Shown: positions 1-11,332, numbered from the stretch's first letter. The stretch is 45,138 nt of DNA from an uncultured Alphaproteobacteria bacterium (GCA_903939555.1 CAJAHV010000031.1:1-45138); one strand, 5' to 3'. Notes: generated by a model not told the origin, from the letters alone. Translations and numbers: made by a program.

Positions 1-287
1 CCAATGTTATATCATTAAGAATATCCAATCCGGCCCAGGCCTTATACTCTTGGGCGGGTCATGCTTTGCTGGCAGTTACGCAACCACTGTTGCCAAACCA
101 GCCCGCAGCACCCTCCGGGCCATTTTAACATTGCCGTAAATCGTTAAATCGCTATGGCCTCTCAATCTGTTGCGGACTAAGACGTTATGGATAAAGTGAA
201 AACTACCCTTCACTAGCGTCGCATATCACCGTTGCCACAAGCGACGGACCACGTCGTGATACCAATGAGACCAGGATTACCCGCCAG

Positions 288-1391
288 GTGAGCAGCATTG
301 TGCAAATATCAGGGACAAATCTGGGACGATTCATAAACGACGTCGATATTCGTCACAGTGGTAATATCTTTAACATCCTTCGCCTCGTTTTTGCTTCCGC
401 GGTGATCTATTCGCATGCGTTCGTGCTGAACAATCTGGTGGATCCGAGCCGAGCGATATTGCCATTTACCGTCAGCCGCTTTGCTGTCCTGCTGTTCTTT
501 ACGCTAAGCGGCTTCCTGGTCACCAACAGCCTGAAGATGCGGGGAATTCGGCAATTCGCCAAGGCCCGCGCGTTGCGCATGCTGCCCGGCCTGTGGGTCA
601 TGCTGCTGATCTCCGCAGCCGTGACGACGGCTGTTTTCGGCACGCTGCCGCTGTCGGCGCTGCCTGACAATGCCAGCCTTTGGCAGTATCTTGCGACAAA
701 CGGGCTGCTCATCGGCCGGCATTACGGCATCGACGGGGTTTTTGCGGACAACCCGCTGCCGTTTGTCATCAACGGCGCCTTGTGGACAATACCGCGCGAG
801 GTGCAATGCTATGTGGCGCTTGCGATTGCCGCGGCCTTCGGCCTGTTACCCAAGCGACAGCGCCTGCTGATGCTTTTCACTGCGGGAATCGCAATTCACC
901 TGCTGCTACCGCCAGATCTGGTGCCGGCATTGTCGGCGCTGCGGCCCCTGCTGATATCGTTTTTTGCCGGCGTCCTGTTGTTCCTCTATCGCGAGCGTGT
1001 CTTTCTGTCCTGGCCGCTCGCCGGACTGGCCATCGCGCTGACCGCTATTACCGACGCCGGCCCGTTACGTGAAACTGCCGCGCAATTGACCGCAGCTTAT
1101 GTCACGCTTGTGCTCGCTATCCTTGTGCCGACGGCGTGGAAGCGCTTCAGCAAGGCGCTGCCCGACTACAGCTTCGGGATCTATATCTATGGGTTCCCGG
1201 TGCAACAGGCGATGATCGCGACCGGCATCGGAACGAATGCCGCCTCCAACATGGCGGCGACAATCCTCTGCGCGCTGCCGCTCGCGGCGCTGTCATGGCA
1301 CCTCGTCGAAAAGCCGGCACTGGCGTTGAAGGACCGGAGCCAGCGGGGGTCCGACCCGGCTACCGCCGCCAAGGCCGGTTCACGCCGCTGA
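288..1391 (+). CDS. Acyltransferase family 3 (OafA/YrhL-like) membrane O-acyltransferase
   Basis: 367-aa polytopic membrane ORF with AT3 motifs N..LRLVFASAVIYSH, FFTLSGFL, R.LRMLP, NGALWTIPREVQCY and DYSFGIYIYGFP..WHLVEKP. GTG start is uncertain. Confidence 0.85.
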   Translation: MSSIVQISGTNLGRFINDVDIRHSGNIFNILRLVFASAVIYSHAFVLNNLVDPSRAILPFTVSRFAVLLFFTLSGFLVTNSLKMRGIRQFAKARALRMLPGLWVMLLISAAVTTAVFGTLPLSALPDNASLWQYLATNGLLIGRHYGIDGVFADNPLPFVINGALWTIPREVQCYVALAIAAAFGLLPKRQRLLMLFTAGIAIHLLLPPDLVPALSALRPLLISFFAGVLLFLYRERVFLSWPLAGLAIALTAITDAGPLRETAAQLTAAYVTLVLAILVPTAWKRFSKALPDYSFGIYIYGFPVQQAMIATGIGTNAASNMAATILCALPLAALSWHLVEKPALALKDRSQRGSDPATAAKAGSRR

Positions 1392-1784
1392 CATCGCCAG
1401 GACCCTGGCCCATTCGGTATCGCTGATCGGCACCACCGACAGGCGAAATTGGCGGAACATCGCCATCCCGGCTAGCGCCGGTTCGGCTTTCATCGCAGCC
1501 AGCGTGACGGGGGTGGCCAGCGGCCGCAGCGGCGCTACCGTCACTGCCGGAAATCGTCCCTTGGGGTCGCTCGGGTCGATGAAATGTTCATCCACCACAC
1601 GCGCGATGCCGATGACGGCAAGCCCTTCGTTGGAATGATAGAAGAACAGCTCGTCGTCACGCTTCATGGCACGCAGATATTGCGCCGCCTGGTTATTGCG
1701 TACGCCGTCCCATATCGTCGAACCGTCGCGGACCAGCATATCCCAGCTGTATTTGAATGGTTCCGATTTCACCAACCAGTGCAT
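1380..1784 (-). CDS. EVE domain protein (THYN1-like)
   Basis: MHWLVKSEP..WDGVRNNQA..FFYHSN..RLSVVP signature. Start placed at ATG 1784 behind GGGAGG. Stop overlaps the convergent acyltransferase by 12 bp. Confidence 0.93.
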   Translation of the reverse strand: MHWLVKSEPFKYSWDMLVRDGSTIWDGVRNNQAAQYLRAMKRDDELFFYHSNEGLAVIGIARVVDEHFIDPSDPKGRFPAVTVAPLRPLATPVTLAAMKAEPALAGMAMFRQFRLSVVPISDTEWARVLAMSAA

Positions 1785-1927
1785 AGGACCTCCCGCGGCA
1801 CACCCGGTCTTTCGGGTCCCCAGCATTGCGACAAGGCAAGGCTGGTCGCCGAAGCGCGGAGCCGGATATCGCCAGACGGTCCTCCCCAAGCGAGCGAATC
1901 CGCCGGCACAATGATCATGGCAGGACC

Positions 1928-1958
1928 CGGAACGGGATCGGCTCTATTTCCCGTCCCG
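1928..1958 (-). terminator. Stem-loop downstream of ftsZ (terminator or stabilising hairpin)
   Basis: Minus strand CGGGACGGGA / TCCCGTTCCG, a 10-bp stem with one G-U pair, about 30 nt after the ftsZ stop. No U-tract. Confidence 0.45.
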
Positions 1959-1988
1959 CCCCCACCGGTGAAACCTGTTGGTCAACGC

Positions 1989-3488
1989 TCAGTTGTTTGC
2001 CTGGCGCTTGAAGAAGGGCGGGATTTCGACATCGGGAGCCCCGGCGACCGGCGGTTCAGGTGCCAATGTCGTCGATGTCGGCTTGGGCTTCGGGCCGCGC
2101 GAAAGATTCATCATCTTTTCGAACAACGTCGGAGCGCGTTCATCCGGAACGGATGGCGCTGCCGCGACCAGCTGTTCGACGGGGGCCGTGGCCACTGCCG
2201 GCGTCGGGTCGCTTGGAAGGAAGCGGAAGCTGTCCGCCCCACCCGCAGTGTCGATCCGTTCAGCGACGGCGCCAAGGTCGACTTCGTCGTCAGTATCGAT
2301 CGTCGCCTCGGGAACATCGTCGTCATGCGCGTCCGGCGCACCGTGTGCAGGCACCGTCGTGACAGGCTCGACGAATGTTTCGTCGGCGGCTGGCGTGGAC
2401 GTTGCCGCTTCGGGCACCGGCGATGGCGCCACCGCGGCCGGTGTAGCAAAGATGCTCGGCTGCGCAGTGAAGCCGGCCGGCGCGGCAGCAGGCCGCGCAC
2501 GCGGGACCACCGCGTTGGGGCGACTGGCGGCATCGATGCCGGTGGCGACCACCGAGACACGCATGATGCCTTCGAGATCCTTGTTGAAGGCCGAACCGAC
2601 GATGATGTTGGCATCGGGATCGACCATGTCACGGATGTGCGTCGCGGCTTCATCCACTTCCATGAGGCGCAAATCATCGCCACCGGTGATGTTGATGATG
2701 ACGCCCTTGGCACCGCGCATGCTGACTTCGTCGAGCAACGGGTTGGCAATGGCCTTTTCGGCAGCTTCGATGGCGCGGCGTTCACCGGTCGCTTCCCCGG
2801 TGCCCATCATCGCCTTGCCCATTTCGGACATGACGGTGCGGATATCGGCGAAATCAAGGTTGATCAAGCCGGGCATGATCATCAGGTCGGTGATGCCGCG
2901 CACGCCCTGGTGCAGCACCTGGTCAGCCATCGCGAACGCTTCCTTGAACGTGGTGTTGGCGTTGGCGATCAGAAAAAGATTCTGGTTGGGTATGATGATG
3001 AGGGTGTCGACGACCTTTTGCAGTTCAGCAATGCCTTCTTCGGCAGCGCGCATGCGCTTGCTGCCTTCAAAGGTAAACGGCTTGGTGACGACGCCGACGG
3101 TCAATATGCCCTTTTCCCGCGCAGCGCGGGCGACAACCGGCGCTGCCCCGGTGCCGGTGCCGCCGCCCATGCCGGCGGCGATGAAGCACATATGCGCGCC
3201 TTCGAGCCTGGTCTCGATCTGGTCAAGGGTTTCCTCGGCAGCGGCGCGGCCGATCTCGGGCCGGGCGCCGGCACCCAGACCTTGCGTGATCTTCATGCCC
3301 AGTTGAATGCGGGTTTCCGCCTTGCTGGCAGTCAGCGATTGCGCATCTGTATTGGCGACGATGAACTCGACACCCTGAAGATCGGCGGCAATCATGTTGG
3401 CAACCGCGTTGCAACCGGCGCCACCGACACCGATCACGGTTATCCGCGGTTTCAATTCGGTCAATGCGGGCCGTTCAAATTCCAGCAT
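1989..3488 (-). CDS. ftsZ: Cell division protein FtsZ
   Basis: [19 protein letters not shown], tubulin signature GGGTGTG, NLDFAD, long Pro/Ala/acidic linker and C-terminal [13 protein letters not shown] 3488 preceded by GGGAG. Confidence 0.98.
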   Translation of the reverse strand: MLEFERPALTELKPRITVIGVGGAGCNAVANMIAADLQGVEFIVANTDAQSLTASKAETRIQLGMKITQGLGAGARPEIGRAAAEETLDQIETRLEGAHMCFIAAGMGGGTGTGAAPVVARAAREKGILTVGVVTKPFTFEGSKRMRAAEEGIAELQKVVDTLIIIPNQNLFLIANANTTFKEAFAMADQVLHQGVRGITDLMIMPGLINLDFADIRTVMSEMGKAMMGTGEATGERRAIEAAEKAIANPLLDEVSMRGAKGVIINITGGDDLRLMEVDEAATHIRDMVDPDANIIVGSAFNKDLEGIMRVSVVATGIDAASRPNAVVPRARPAAAPAGFTAQPSIFATPAAVAPSPVPEAATSTPAADETFVEPVTTVPAHGAPDAHDDDVPEATIDTDDEVDLGAVAERIDTAGGADSFRFLPSDPTPAVATAPVEQLVAAAPSVPDERAPTLFEKMMNLSRGPKPKPTSTTLAPEPPVAGAPDVEIPPFFKRQANN

Positions 3489-3514
3489 CTCGTGTCTCCC
3501 ATGCAAGCAGCATG

Positions 3515-3520
3515 ACTATA
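3515..3520 (-). promoter_or_regulatory. Possible internal ftsZ promoter -10 element
   Basis: TATAGT on the minus strand in the 59-bp ftsA-ftsZ gap, the largest intergenic gap inside the cluster. The -35 is poor. Confidence 0.4.
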
Positions 3521-3547
3521 TCAACCAATCAGTCGTAGGAAGCGTCA

Positions 3548-4843
3548 TCACATACTGCCCCTTAATTTTTCGATCATCATGGCAAGTTTTCCCCCTCCGC
3601 CGGGTGATTTTTGCACAGATGGCATGTGCCAGATGTCGGGTTGTTCGGCCGCAGCGAACAATACCAGTCCAGCGAGCGTCGCAAAGGCGGGGCCGGATTG
3701 CGCCAGCGGCAGCCCGGTAAGCCCGCGCGGTCGCCCAATGCGCACATTGCGATTCAGCGCACCTTGCGCAAAATCGGCGATAGCGCGCAGTTCGGCACCG
3801 CCGCCAGTCAGCACCAATTGCCGAGCCTGCGGGCCGGTAAAGCCAAGTTCATCGAGCTTGATCGCAATTTCGCCAAACAGCATATCGAGCCGATGGCGGA
3901 TGACGCCGATAATCTGCGCCTTGGTGGCGCGTACCGGTTCAGACGTGCTGTCGTCATTCATCGGCGGGATTTCGACGACTTCGTGATTATCCTTGGGTAC
4001 CGCAATCGCCGCACCGTCGAGCGCCTTGATACGCTCGGCATGGCTGCGCCGCGTGGCGAATTCGGCGGCAAGGTCATAGGTGATGTCGTCGCCGCCCATC
4101 GGGATCGCGGCGACGCCAACCAACATGCCGTAATTATGCACCGCGATGGTCGTTACCCCAGCGCCGATCTCGATCAACGCGACGCCCAATTCACGTTCCT
4201 CGCGCTCAAGCGCCGACAGGCTGGCGGCCAGCGGCGAAGCCACCAGCGACCGCAGACCGACGTGAGCATTCTTGATGGCCCGATCAAGGTTCTTCAAGGG
4301 CGGCGTGTCGGCGGTAACGACATGGATATCCATTCCGAGCCGATCAGCATGGAAACCCAGCGGACTCTCAACGCCCGGCTGGCCATCAAGCGCATAAAGC
4401 GCCGGCTGAGCATGGACGACTGTGCGACCCTGCGGATCGATGCGGGCCCGCCCGGCCTCGCGCAGCTTCATCATGTCGGCCGCAGTGATACTGGCGCCAG
4501 CGATATCGATTTCGGCAGTTGCGACATCGCTGCCCAGATTGCCCGCAGAAATCGAAGCATGGACGAATTCGATCTGCACCCCGGCGGCGCGTTCAGCCTG
4601 ATCCATGGCACCGCGAATGGCGGCTTCGGTTCGTTCGAAATCGATAACCAGCCCGCGCTTCAACCCGGCGCACGGCTTTTGGCCGGTGCCGATGACGCGC
4701 GGTTCGCCATTGCCGCCGACAAGAGCGATCAACACGGCAACCTTGGAAGTACCGACGTCCAGAACGGCGATGGTGCGTTCTGCCGGCCCCTTGGGGACAA
4801 CGGCACGGACGAGCGGGTTTTTGGGAGGAGCCATGATTGCCAT
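3548..4843 (-). CDS. ftsA: Cell division protein FtsA
   Basis: Actin-fold motifs LDVGTSK, IEIGAGVT, GGDDIT and LTGGGA. Lies between ftsQ and ftsZ. Confidence 0.96.
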   Translation of the reverse strand: MAIMAPPKNPLVRAVVPKGPAERTIAVLDVGTSKVAVLIALVGGNGEPRVIGTGQKPCAGLKRGLVIDFERTEAAIRGAMDQAERAAGVQIEFVHASISAGNLGSDVATAEIDIAGASITAADMMKLREAGRARIDPQGRTVVHAQPALYALDGQPGVESPLGFHADRLGMDIHVVTADTPPLKNLDRAIKNAHVGLRSLVASPLAASLSALEREERELGVALIEIGAGVTTIAVHNYGMLVGVAAIPMGGDDITYDLAAEFATRRSHAERIKALDGAAIAVPKDNHEVVEIPPMNDDSTSEPVRATKAQIIGVIRHRLDMLFGEIAIKLDELGFTGPQARQLVLTGGGAELRAIADFAQGALNRNVRIGRPRGLTGLPLAQSGPAFATLAGLVLFAAAEQPDIWHMPSVQKSPGGGGKLAMMIEKLRGSM

Positions 4844-5748
4844 CAGATCGTCGTCGGCTTGGACGCCTTGGCGGCCTTGGCGGCCGCCTCCAACGCTTGT
4901 TGCACGGCTGGGCCGGCCACGGTCATCTGCCCTGGCAGCCGCATGTCGAAACGCTGAAAACGCCCGCCAAGCAGCTTGCCGTCTGCGGAGAGACCGGCTT
5001 CGAGGCTGGCAAAGCGCTTGAACGCCGCGGTTGCCGCCGCCGGCGTATCGGGCAAGGCCAATGTTTCGCCCGATTTGAACTTCACATCCCAGCGCCGGCC
5101 GCCGACCAGCACAGCGGCATCGACCTTGTCCGACAGCGTCGGTGCCGCTGCCGTCAGGGCCAGCAACTCACGCACCCGCAAATTGGCACCAGGACCGACA
5201 ACCACCGGAAGCGCGGCAAAGCGATCAAGGCCTGTGCTGGTCAGCGGTCGCCCGGTAACATCGATCAGCACAAAACGACGCTGATGCTGCCATAGCGCCA
5301 CCGGCCGGCGCTCGACGATATTTATGGTCAAGGTGTCGGGCAGGCGACGGCCGACACTGGCATCGGCGACCCAAGGCAGCGACAGCAGCCGGTTGCGGAT
5401 ATGGGGCAGGTCGGCACGCAGCATGGCGTTGCTCGGCCCCGACAAGGCGGCGTCGTAGATCGGCAATTTGTCCATTTCGTGCACGCCGGCAATTTCGACA
5501 TGGCGGACTTCGAACCCGGCCTGCGCCGTGCTGCGCACGAATTCGGCCCATTGCCGCTGCGGCACATCTGCCAGGCTGGCGAAAATCCCACCGGTCACAG
5601 CCACTAGTGTCGCGCAGGTGATAGCGACATTGCGGCGCAGCGCGCGCACACTCACGGGCAGCGCCACAGTTTCGGCGGCCGCTTTGCGTTGCAGCACCGG
5701 CGTGTGACGAGGCGGGCGGGCGCCGCGCTTCATGATGGTGGCAGTCAT
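4843..5748 (-). CDS. ftsQ: Cell division protein FtsQ/DivIB
   Basis: Single N-terminal TM, POTRA (LPWVADASVGRRLPDTLTINIVER.P.ALWQ), RRWD and DMRLP motifs; synteny. Confidence 0.93.
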   Translation of the reverse strand: MTATIMKRGARPPRHTPVLQRKAAAETVALPVSVRALRRNVAITCATLVAVTGGIFASLADVPQRQWAEFVRSTAQAGFEVRHVEIAGVHEMDKLPIYDAALSGPSNAMLRADLPHIRNRLLSLPWVADASVGRRLPDTLTINIVERRPVALWQHQRRFVLIDVTGRPLTSTGLDRFAALPVVVGPGANLRVRELLALTAAAPTLSDKVDAAVLVGGRRWDVKFKSGETLALPDTPAAATAAFKRFASLEAGLSADGKLLGGRFQRFDMRLPGQMTVAGPAVQQALEAAAKAAKASKPTTI

Positions 5749-6674
5749 GTGGGTCCCGACGGTTGAGCTAGCGCCGAATCGATTAGGCGCTGCACTAGTT
5801 GTTCATAGCTGATGCCGCGAAAACGCGCCTGTTCCGGCACCAGGCTGAGCGGAGTCATACCGGGCTGGGTATTGGTTTCGAGGAGATAGAGCCCGGCCTC
5901 GCCCTGCGCCGGGTCCCAGCGAAAGTCGGACCGCGAGGCACCGCGACAGCCGAGCGCGCGGTGCGCCCGCAACGCGAGGTCGAGACAGGCAGCGGTGATG
6001 GCGGGCGGCAGGGCGGCGGGGCAGACATGTACGGTCAGGCCATCGGTATATTTGGCCTCATAATCGTAAAAACCCTGCACCGGCTGCAATTCGGTGACCG
6101 CCAGCGCTTCGTCATCGAGGACTGCGACGGTCAATTCCTTGCCGGCGATGAAGGGTTCGGCGAGCAACTCGGCGAATTCCTGCCACGGGCCGACCGCATC
6201 GCGGGCGATCGGATTGCCATAGTTGGAGGCATCGGTGACGATGGCGACCCCGACCGACGACCCTTCGTTTACCGGTTTGAGCACATAGGGGCGCGGCAAC
6301 GGATCGCCGGCGAACAGGCTTTCCGAGGCGACCATGCGGCCTTCGGGCATGCGTATGCCCTGCGGCACCAGGATGCGCTTGGTCAGTTCCTTGTCGATGG
6401 CGATCGCCGAGGTCGTGACGCCGCTATGGGTGTATTTCAGCCCGAGAATGTCGAGCAGGCCCTGGACGCTGCCGTCCTCCCCCGGCGTGCCGTGCAGCGC
6501 GTTGAAGACGACATCGGGGGCAGCCGCTTTCAGCCGTTCGGCGACATTGCGGTCCATGTCGATCTCGGTCACGTCATGGCCGAGTGCGCGGCACGCCGCG
6601 GCAATGCCGCGCCCCGAGGTCAGCGAGACGTCGCGTTCGGCGGACCAGCCGCCCATCAGCACGGCGACCTTCAT
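5745..6674 (-). CDS. ddl: D-alanine--D-alanine ligase
   Basis: VLMGGWSAER, ALHG..GEDG, EGSSVG, YDYEAKY and ETNTQPGMT. ATGA overlap with the murB stop. Confidence 0.97.
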   Translation of the reverse strand: MKVAVLMGGWSAERDVSLTSGRGIAAACRALGHDVTEIDMDRNVAERLKAAAPDVVFNALHGTPGEDGSVQGLLDILGLKYTHSGVTTSAIAIDKELTKRILVPQGIRMPEGRMVASESLFAGDPLPRPYVLKPVNEGSSVGVAIVTDASNYGNPIARDAVGPWQEFAELLAEPFIAGKELTVAVLDDEALAVTELQPVQGFYDYEAKYTDGLTVHVCPAALPPAITAACLDLALRAHRALGCRGASRSDFRWDPAQGEAGLYLLETNTQPGMTPLSLVPEQARFRGISYEQLVQRLIDSALAQPSGPT

Positions 6675-7573
6675 GGCTTGCCTACCCGTTGAATTTCCCA
6701 TTCGAGATCGATGCCGGCGTGCGCTCTGACCCGGGCCCGCACATCTTCCCCCAACGCTTCGATGTCGGCGCTGGTCGCATCACCGGTATTGATGAGGAAG
6801 TTGGTATGCTTTTCGGATACCTGCGCCCCACCATGACACAGGCCCCGGCACCCGGCGGCATCGACCAGCGCCCAGGCTTTTTCTCCCGGCGGGTTCTTGA
6901 AAGTGGAGCCACCGGTACGGCTGCGCAGCGGCTGGCTGGCTTCGCGCGCGGCGGCGATGCGGTCCATTTCGGCCTGGATGGCGATCGGATCACCGGCAAC
7001 GCCCGCGAGTGTCGCCGCAATCACTACCGCGCCATCGGGCAGGCTGGAGTGCCGATAGCTGTAGCCGAGATCGACTGGGGCCAGCGTTTCTACCGAACCA
7101 TCACGGGTGATAACAGTTGCCGAAACCAGCACATCGGCCACTTCGCGCCCATAGGCGCCGCCGTTCATGCGGACAAAGCCACCCACGGTGCCCGGAATGC
7201 CGCGCAGGAATTCCAGCCCTGCGATGCCGGCATCGCGCGCTGCCGACGAAACCTGGATACCCGACGCACCACCGCCGACGACAAGGCTGTGGTCAGCACC
7301 TTTCGCAACCGTCGCAAACGCCTTGCCGAGCCGCACGACGACGCCCGGCACGCCGCCATCGCGGATGATGAGATTGCTGCCAAGCCCGAGCGCAAGCACC
7401 GGCACGACCGGGTCGAGCGCCGTCAGGAAGCCCGCCAGATCGTCGGCATCGGCGGGTTCGAAAAGCCAGTCCGCCACGCCGCCCGCCTTGAACCAGACCA
7501 GCGGTGCCAGCGGCGCATGCGCCGTCAACCGGCCGCGCACCGCAGGCTTGGTCATGGCGGCAGCGGCGGTCAT
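6671..7573 (-). CDS. murB: UDP-N-acetylenolpyruvoylglucosamine reductase
   Basis: [35 protein letters not shown] and KHTNF. ATGA overlap with the murC stop. Confidence 0.97.
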   Translation of the reverse strand: MTAAAAMTKPAVRGRLTAHAPLAPLVWFKAGGVADWLFEPADADDLAGFLTALDPVVPVLALGLGSNLIIRDGGVPGVVVRLGKAFATVAKGADHSLVVGGGASGIQVSSAARDAGIAGLEFLRGIPGTVGGFVRMNGGAYGREVADVLVSATVITRDGSVETLAPVDLGYSYRHSSLPDGAVVIAATLAGVAGDPIAIQAEMDRIAAAREASQPLRSRTGGSTFKNPPGEKAWALVDAAGCRGLCHGGAQVSEKHTNFLINTGDATSADIEALGEDVRARVRAHAGIDLEWEIQRVGKP

Positions 7574-8994
7574 CTGGCACGAGCCTTGTCGATGGCGGCG
7601 GCCAAGCCTGCCGCCCACCGCGTGATGTCGCCGGCTCCAAGGCAGACGACCATGTCACCGGCGCGGACGTCGATAGCCAACTGGTGTGCCAGATCATCGG
7701 CGCCGGTCACCGTGACCGCCGACCGGTGTCCGGCAGCGAGCAAACCAGCCGCGAGCGCAGCTGCATCGATGCCGTCGATCGGGGCTTCGCCAGCGGCATA
7801 GACAGGGGCGACATAGACGCCATCGGCATCGTTGAACGCCGCCTGGAAATCGGCCATCAGGTCGCGCAGCCGGGTGAAGCGGTGCGGCTGGACAACCGCG
7901 AGCACCCTGCCCTGCGCGCCCTCGCGGGCGGCGGCGAGCACAGCGCGGATTTCGACCGGATGATGGCCGTAATCGTCGATGATCGTCACCCCGCCGGTTT
8001 CGCCGACGTTGGTGAAGCGCCGCTTGACCCCGCCGAAACGCGCAAAGCCGGTGCGGATCGCGTCGTCAGAAATGCCGAGTTCGATCGCCACGGCGACTGC
8101 CGACAGAGCGTTCTGGACATTGTGGCGCCCCGGCATCGGCAGAATCAGATCGGGGATGGTGCGTTCGCCATCGCGGGTGCGGACGACGACCGAGAACCGA
8201 TTGCCGCCCGGCACCGGCGTCACATTATCGCCGCGGATATCGGCTGTCGCCGAAAAGCCATAGGTGACGATGCGGCGATCACCGACGCGCGGGATCAGCG
8301 CCTGCACTTCGGGATGGTCGATGCACAGGATGCCGGCGCCGTAAAATGGCACGGCGTTGACGAACTGGCGAAAACCCTCGCGCACCTTGTCGAAATCGCC
8401 CCAGTGATCGAGATGTTCGGGATCGATATTGGTAACGATACCGAAAGTGCCGCCAAGCCGCAGGAAGCTGCCGTCGCTTTCATCGGCCTCGACCACCATC
8501 CATTCGCCCTCGCCCAGCCGGGCGTTCGAGCCATAGGTGTTGATGATGCCGCCGTTGATGACCGTGGGGTCGATCCCCCCGGCATCGAGCAACGCCGCGA
8601 CCATCGAGGTCGTCGTTGTCTTGCCGTGCGTGCCGGCGACAGCGACGCAGGATTTCAGCCGCATCAGTTCGGCAAGCATTTCAGCTCGGCGGACGATGGG
8701 TATGCGCTTGGCGCGCGCCGCAACCACTTCGGGGTTATCGGGTTTGATCGCGGTCGACGTGACAAGCACGGCGGCGTTCGTGACGTTATCGGCGCTCTGG
8801 CCGATGAAGACGGTGATACCCTTGTCCCTCAGGCCCTGCACGACATAGCCTTCGGCACTGTCGGAGCCTTGCACGTCGAAGCCGAGATTGGCCATCACTT
8901 CGGCGATGCCCGACATGCCGATGCCGCCAATCCCAACAAAGTGGATGACACCGATATCGTTGCGAAAGCCGGGGCGCAGAGCAGGCAGGTTCAT
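7570..8994 (-). CDS. murC: UDP-N-acetylmuramate--L-alanine ligase
   Basis: [30 protein letters not shown] and QPHRFTR. ATGA overlap with the murG stop. Confidence 0.97.
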   Translation of the reverse strand: MNLPALRPGFRNDIGVIHFVGIGGIGMSGIAEVMANLGFDVQGSDSAEGYVVQGLRDKGITVFIGQSADNVTNAAVLVTSTAIKPDNPEVVAARAKRIPIVRRAEMLAELMRLKSCVAVAGTHGKTTTTSMVAALLDAGGIDPTVINGGIINTYGSNARLGEGEWMVVEADESDGSFLRLGGTFGIVTNIDPEHLDHWGDFDKVREGFRQFVNAVPFYGAGILCIDHPEVQALIPRVGDRRIVTYGFSATADIRGDNVTPVPGGNRFSVVVRTRDGERTIPDLILPMPGRHNVQNALSAVAVAIELGISDDAIRTGFARFGGVKRRFTNVGETGGVTIIDDYGHHPVEIRAVLAAAREGAQGRVLAVVQPHRFTRLRDLMADFQAAFNDADGVYVAPVYAAGEAPIDGIDAAALAAGLLAAGHRSAVTVTGADDLAHQLAIDVRAGDMVVCLGAGDITRWAAGLAAAIDKARAR

Positions 8995-10112
8995 GATGGT
9001 GATCCGATCGAAACGGCAAGATCGGCAAGCCGGGCAGCAGCATCGGGGTAGCCCGCGCTGCGTGCACCGGCGGCCGCTGTTGCTAACGCCTTCGGGTCCG
9101 TCAGCCAACCGGTCAAGGCCACAGCCACCTGTTCTGCGGTAAAGCGGGGCTGGGGCACCACAATCGCCCCGCCGGCAGCCGCCAACCCCTGCGCATTGTC
9201 TGTCTGATGATCATCGGTAGCAATCGGCAGCGGCACCAAAATGGCAGGACGCCCGGCTACGGCGAGTTCGGCAACAGTCGAGGCCCCCGCACGAGCGATC
9301 ACGACATGGGCAACGGCAATCTGTGCCGGCAGGTCGGCGAAATAAGCCCGGACCTCTGCAGCGACACCGGCAGCGCGATAGGTTTCGGCGACCATGGCCG
9401 CGTCTTCGTCGCGCCCCTGATGGACGACCGACAACCGTGCGCGCAGCCCTTCGGGCAACAACGCCACAGCGGCAGGCACGATGGTGTTAAGGATAGCCGC
9501 GCCTTGGCTGCCACCGGTAACCAGCAAGCGCAATTGCGGCGCCTCACTGTCGAACGGCAACGCGCGGGCAGCGATGATCTCGGCGCGCACCGGGTTTCCA
9601 GTCAGCGTCGTTTTCGCCGCCCATTCAGGTTGCATGCGGCGCACCTGTTTATAGCTGGTGGCAATCGCGTCGACGCGGGGGCTGAGGAAGCGATTGACCC
9701 TGCCGAGTACGGCATTTTGTTCATGGATGAGGCTGGGCAGCTTGAGCGACAGGGCAGCGAGCAGCGCCGGCAGCGCCGGATAGCCGCCGAAACCGATGAC
9801 GGCCGCAGGCTTGAGTTCACGAAATAACGCCCGCGCCGCGCGGCGCCCGCGCCAGATGCTCAAGCCCACCACCGGCAGGCTGCGCCAGCCCGACCGGCCG
9901 GGCGAGCCGCTGTCGACCACAGTGCGCGGCACGCCGTCGAAAAGGCCAGGGAAGCGCAGGCCACGGCTGTCAGTAACCAGATGCACGGCATGGCCGCGCG
10001 ATTTCAGCTCGAGCGCCAGTACATGCGCCGGGACCATGTGGCCGCCGGTGCCGCCCGCAACGAGGATGAAGGGCCCGGACGCGTCGGCGTCAAACTGAAG
10101 ATTACCCGTCAC
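8991..10112 (-). CDS. murG: Lipid I GlcNAc transferase MurG
   Basis: GGTGGH, GFGGY, HEQN, GNPVR, GGSQGA and RAGAST. GTGA overlap with the ftsW stop. Confidence 0.97.
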   Translation of the reverse strand: MTGNLQFDADASGPFILVAGGTGGHMVPAHVLALELKSRGHAVHLVTDSRGLRFPGLFDGVPRTVVDSGSPGRSGWRSLPVVGLSIWRGRRAARALFRELKPAAVIGFGGYPALPALLAALSLKLPSLIHEQNAVLGRVNRFLSPRVDAIATSYKQVRRMQPEWAAKTTLTGNPVRAEIIAARALPFDSEAPQLRLLVTGGSQGAAILNTIVPAAVALLPEGLRARLSVVHQGRDEDAAMVAETYRAAGVAAEVRAYFADLPAQIAVAHVVIARAGASTVAELAVAGRPAILVPLPIATDDHQTDNAQGLAAAGGAIVVPQPRFTAEQVAVALTGWLTDPKALATAAAGARSAGYPDAAARLADLAVSIGSPS

Positions 10113-11332
10113 GCCGCCCGCCAGCGTTCGACATAGGGCGACGCTTTGAGGAACGGATTGCGCCGCGTCAGCCCGAGCAGCAGCCCCATGCCGAGGCAGA
10201 GCGCGATGAACGAGGACCCGCCGTGGCTGATGAACGGCAGCGTCATGCCCTTGGACGGCAACAGCTTGAGATTGACCGCCATGTTGATCGTCGCCTGCAG
10301 TCCGAACTGCGTCGCAAGTCCGGTGGCAGCGAGCATGACGAAAGGATCATCTTCATCGAGCAGCATCAGGAACACCCGGACAACGAGCGCTATATAAAGC
10401 CCGGCGATGACGAGGCAGGCAATCATGCCGAACTCCTCACCGATCACCGAAAAAATGTAATCGGTATGAGGTTCGGGCAGGCGGAACTTCATCTGGCCTT
10501 CGCCGGGGCCGACACCGAACAGCCCGCCAGCGCGAAAGCAATCGAGCGCTTTGTCGATCTGATAAGTGTCGCCCCCACCGGTCAGGAATTTATCGATACG
10601 CTGGGTAACATGGTCGACCGTCAGGTAAGCGATGCCCAGCCCGACCGTCGCCGCTGCGACCAACGCACCGAGCAGCCAGAACGACATGCCGGCGAGCAGC
10701 GACTGCACTAGCCAGACCGCCATGATTAGCGCCGTCTGGCCGAAATCGGGCTGCTTGATAAGCAGCGCCGCGACCATCAGCAGCATGGCAAAGCTGATCT
10801 GCATCGTCGGCAGGCTGCGATCATCGAAGCGCAGCGCCAACAGCCAGGCAGTAGTGACGACGAACACCGGCTTGAAGAATTCCGACGGCTGGAACTGGAA
10901 GCCCGGCAATTGGATCCATCGCGCCGCGCCGTTGGTGCCGGTACCGATGAACATCACCGCCACCAGGCAGCCGAAGAACACAAGGGTCAGCAGCAACGAC
11001 AATCGCTTGGCCCAAGTGACCGGCAGCATCGAGATGCCGAACATCACCGGCAAGCCGGCGATGACCCAGCCAATCTGGCGCTTGAGGAAATAGAGATCGC
11101 CATATTTGAAATTGGCCCCCGACAGGCGGTGCGCCGCCGCCGGAGACGCGGCCGCGACCGCGATGACACCGCACCCAATCAGTGCAATCACAAAGGTGAG
11201 CAGCAATTTGTCGATGGTGGCGAACCAGACCCCGAGCCGCGAGCGATCGCCACGCGAAAAAGCCGCCGCCGTCAATGCTGAACGCGGCGTCAGCCAGGGC
11301 TGCACCACGCTTTCGCTGGAGGGATCGCTCAT
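10109..11332 (-). CDS. ftsW: SEDS peptidoglycan polymerase FtsW
   Basis: Polytopic membrane protein with GAARW, QPSEF, QPDFG, PEPHTDYI and KGMTLPFISHGGSS. Start set at the ATGA overlap with the murD stop. Confidence 0.96.
   Translation of the reverse strand: MSDPSSESVVQPWLTPRSALTAAAFSRGDRSRLGVWFATIDKLLLTFVIALIGCGVIAVAAASPAAAHRLSGANFKYGDLYFLKRQIGWVIAGLPVMFGISMLPVTWAKRLSLLLTLVFFGCLVAVMFIGTGTNGAARWIQLPGFQFQPSEFFKPVFVVTTAWLLALRFDDRSLPTMQISFAMLLMVAALLIKQPDFGQTALIMAVWLVQSLLAGMSFWLLGALVAAATVGLGIAYLTVDHVTQRIDKFLTGGGDTYQIDKALDCFRAGGLFGVGPGEGQMKFRLPEPHTDYIFSVIGEEFGMIACLVIAGLYIALVVRVFLMLLDEDDPFVMLAATGLATQFGLQATINMAVNLKLLPSKGMTLPFISHGGSSFIALCLGMGLLLGLTRRNPFLKASPYVERWRAA

Noticed and set aside
1785-1988. 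6S RNA or riboswitch between ftsZ and the EVE gene
   Set aside because: Only two local hairpins; I could not find a long rod with a central bubble or an aptamer consensus.
3405-3440. FtsZ GGAGCNA instead of GGAGGNA, and the long linker
   Set aside because: Cys at this position and long linkers occur in other FtsZ proteins; catalytic motifs are intact.
1584-3515. 643-aa + strand ORF (and 1978-3306) opposite ftsZ
   Set aside because: Antisense shadow of a biased high-GC gene; no recognisable motifs.
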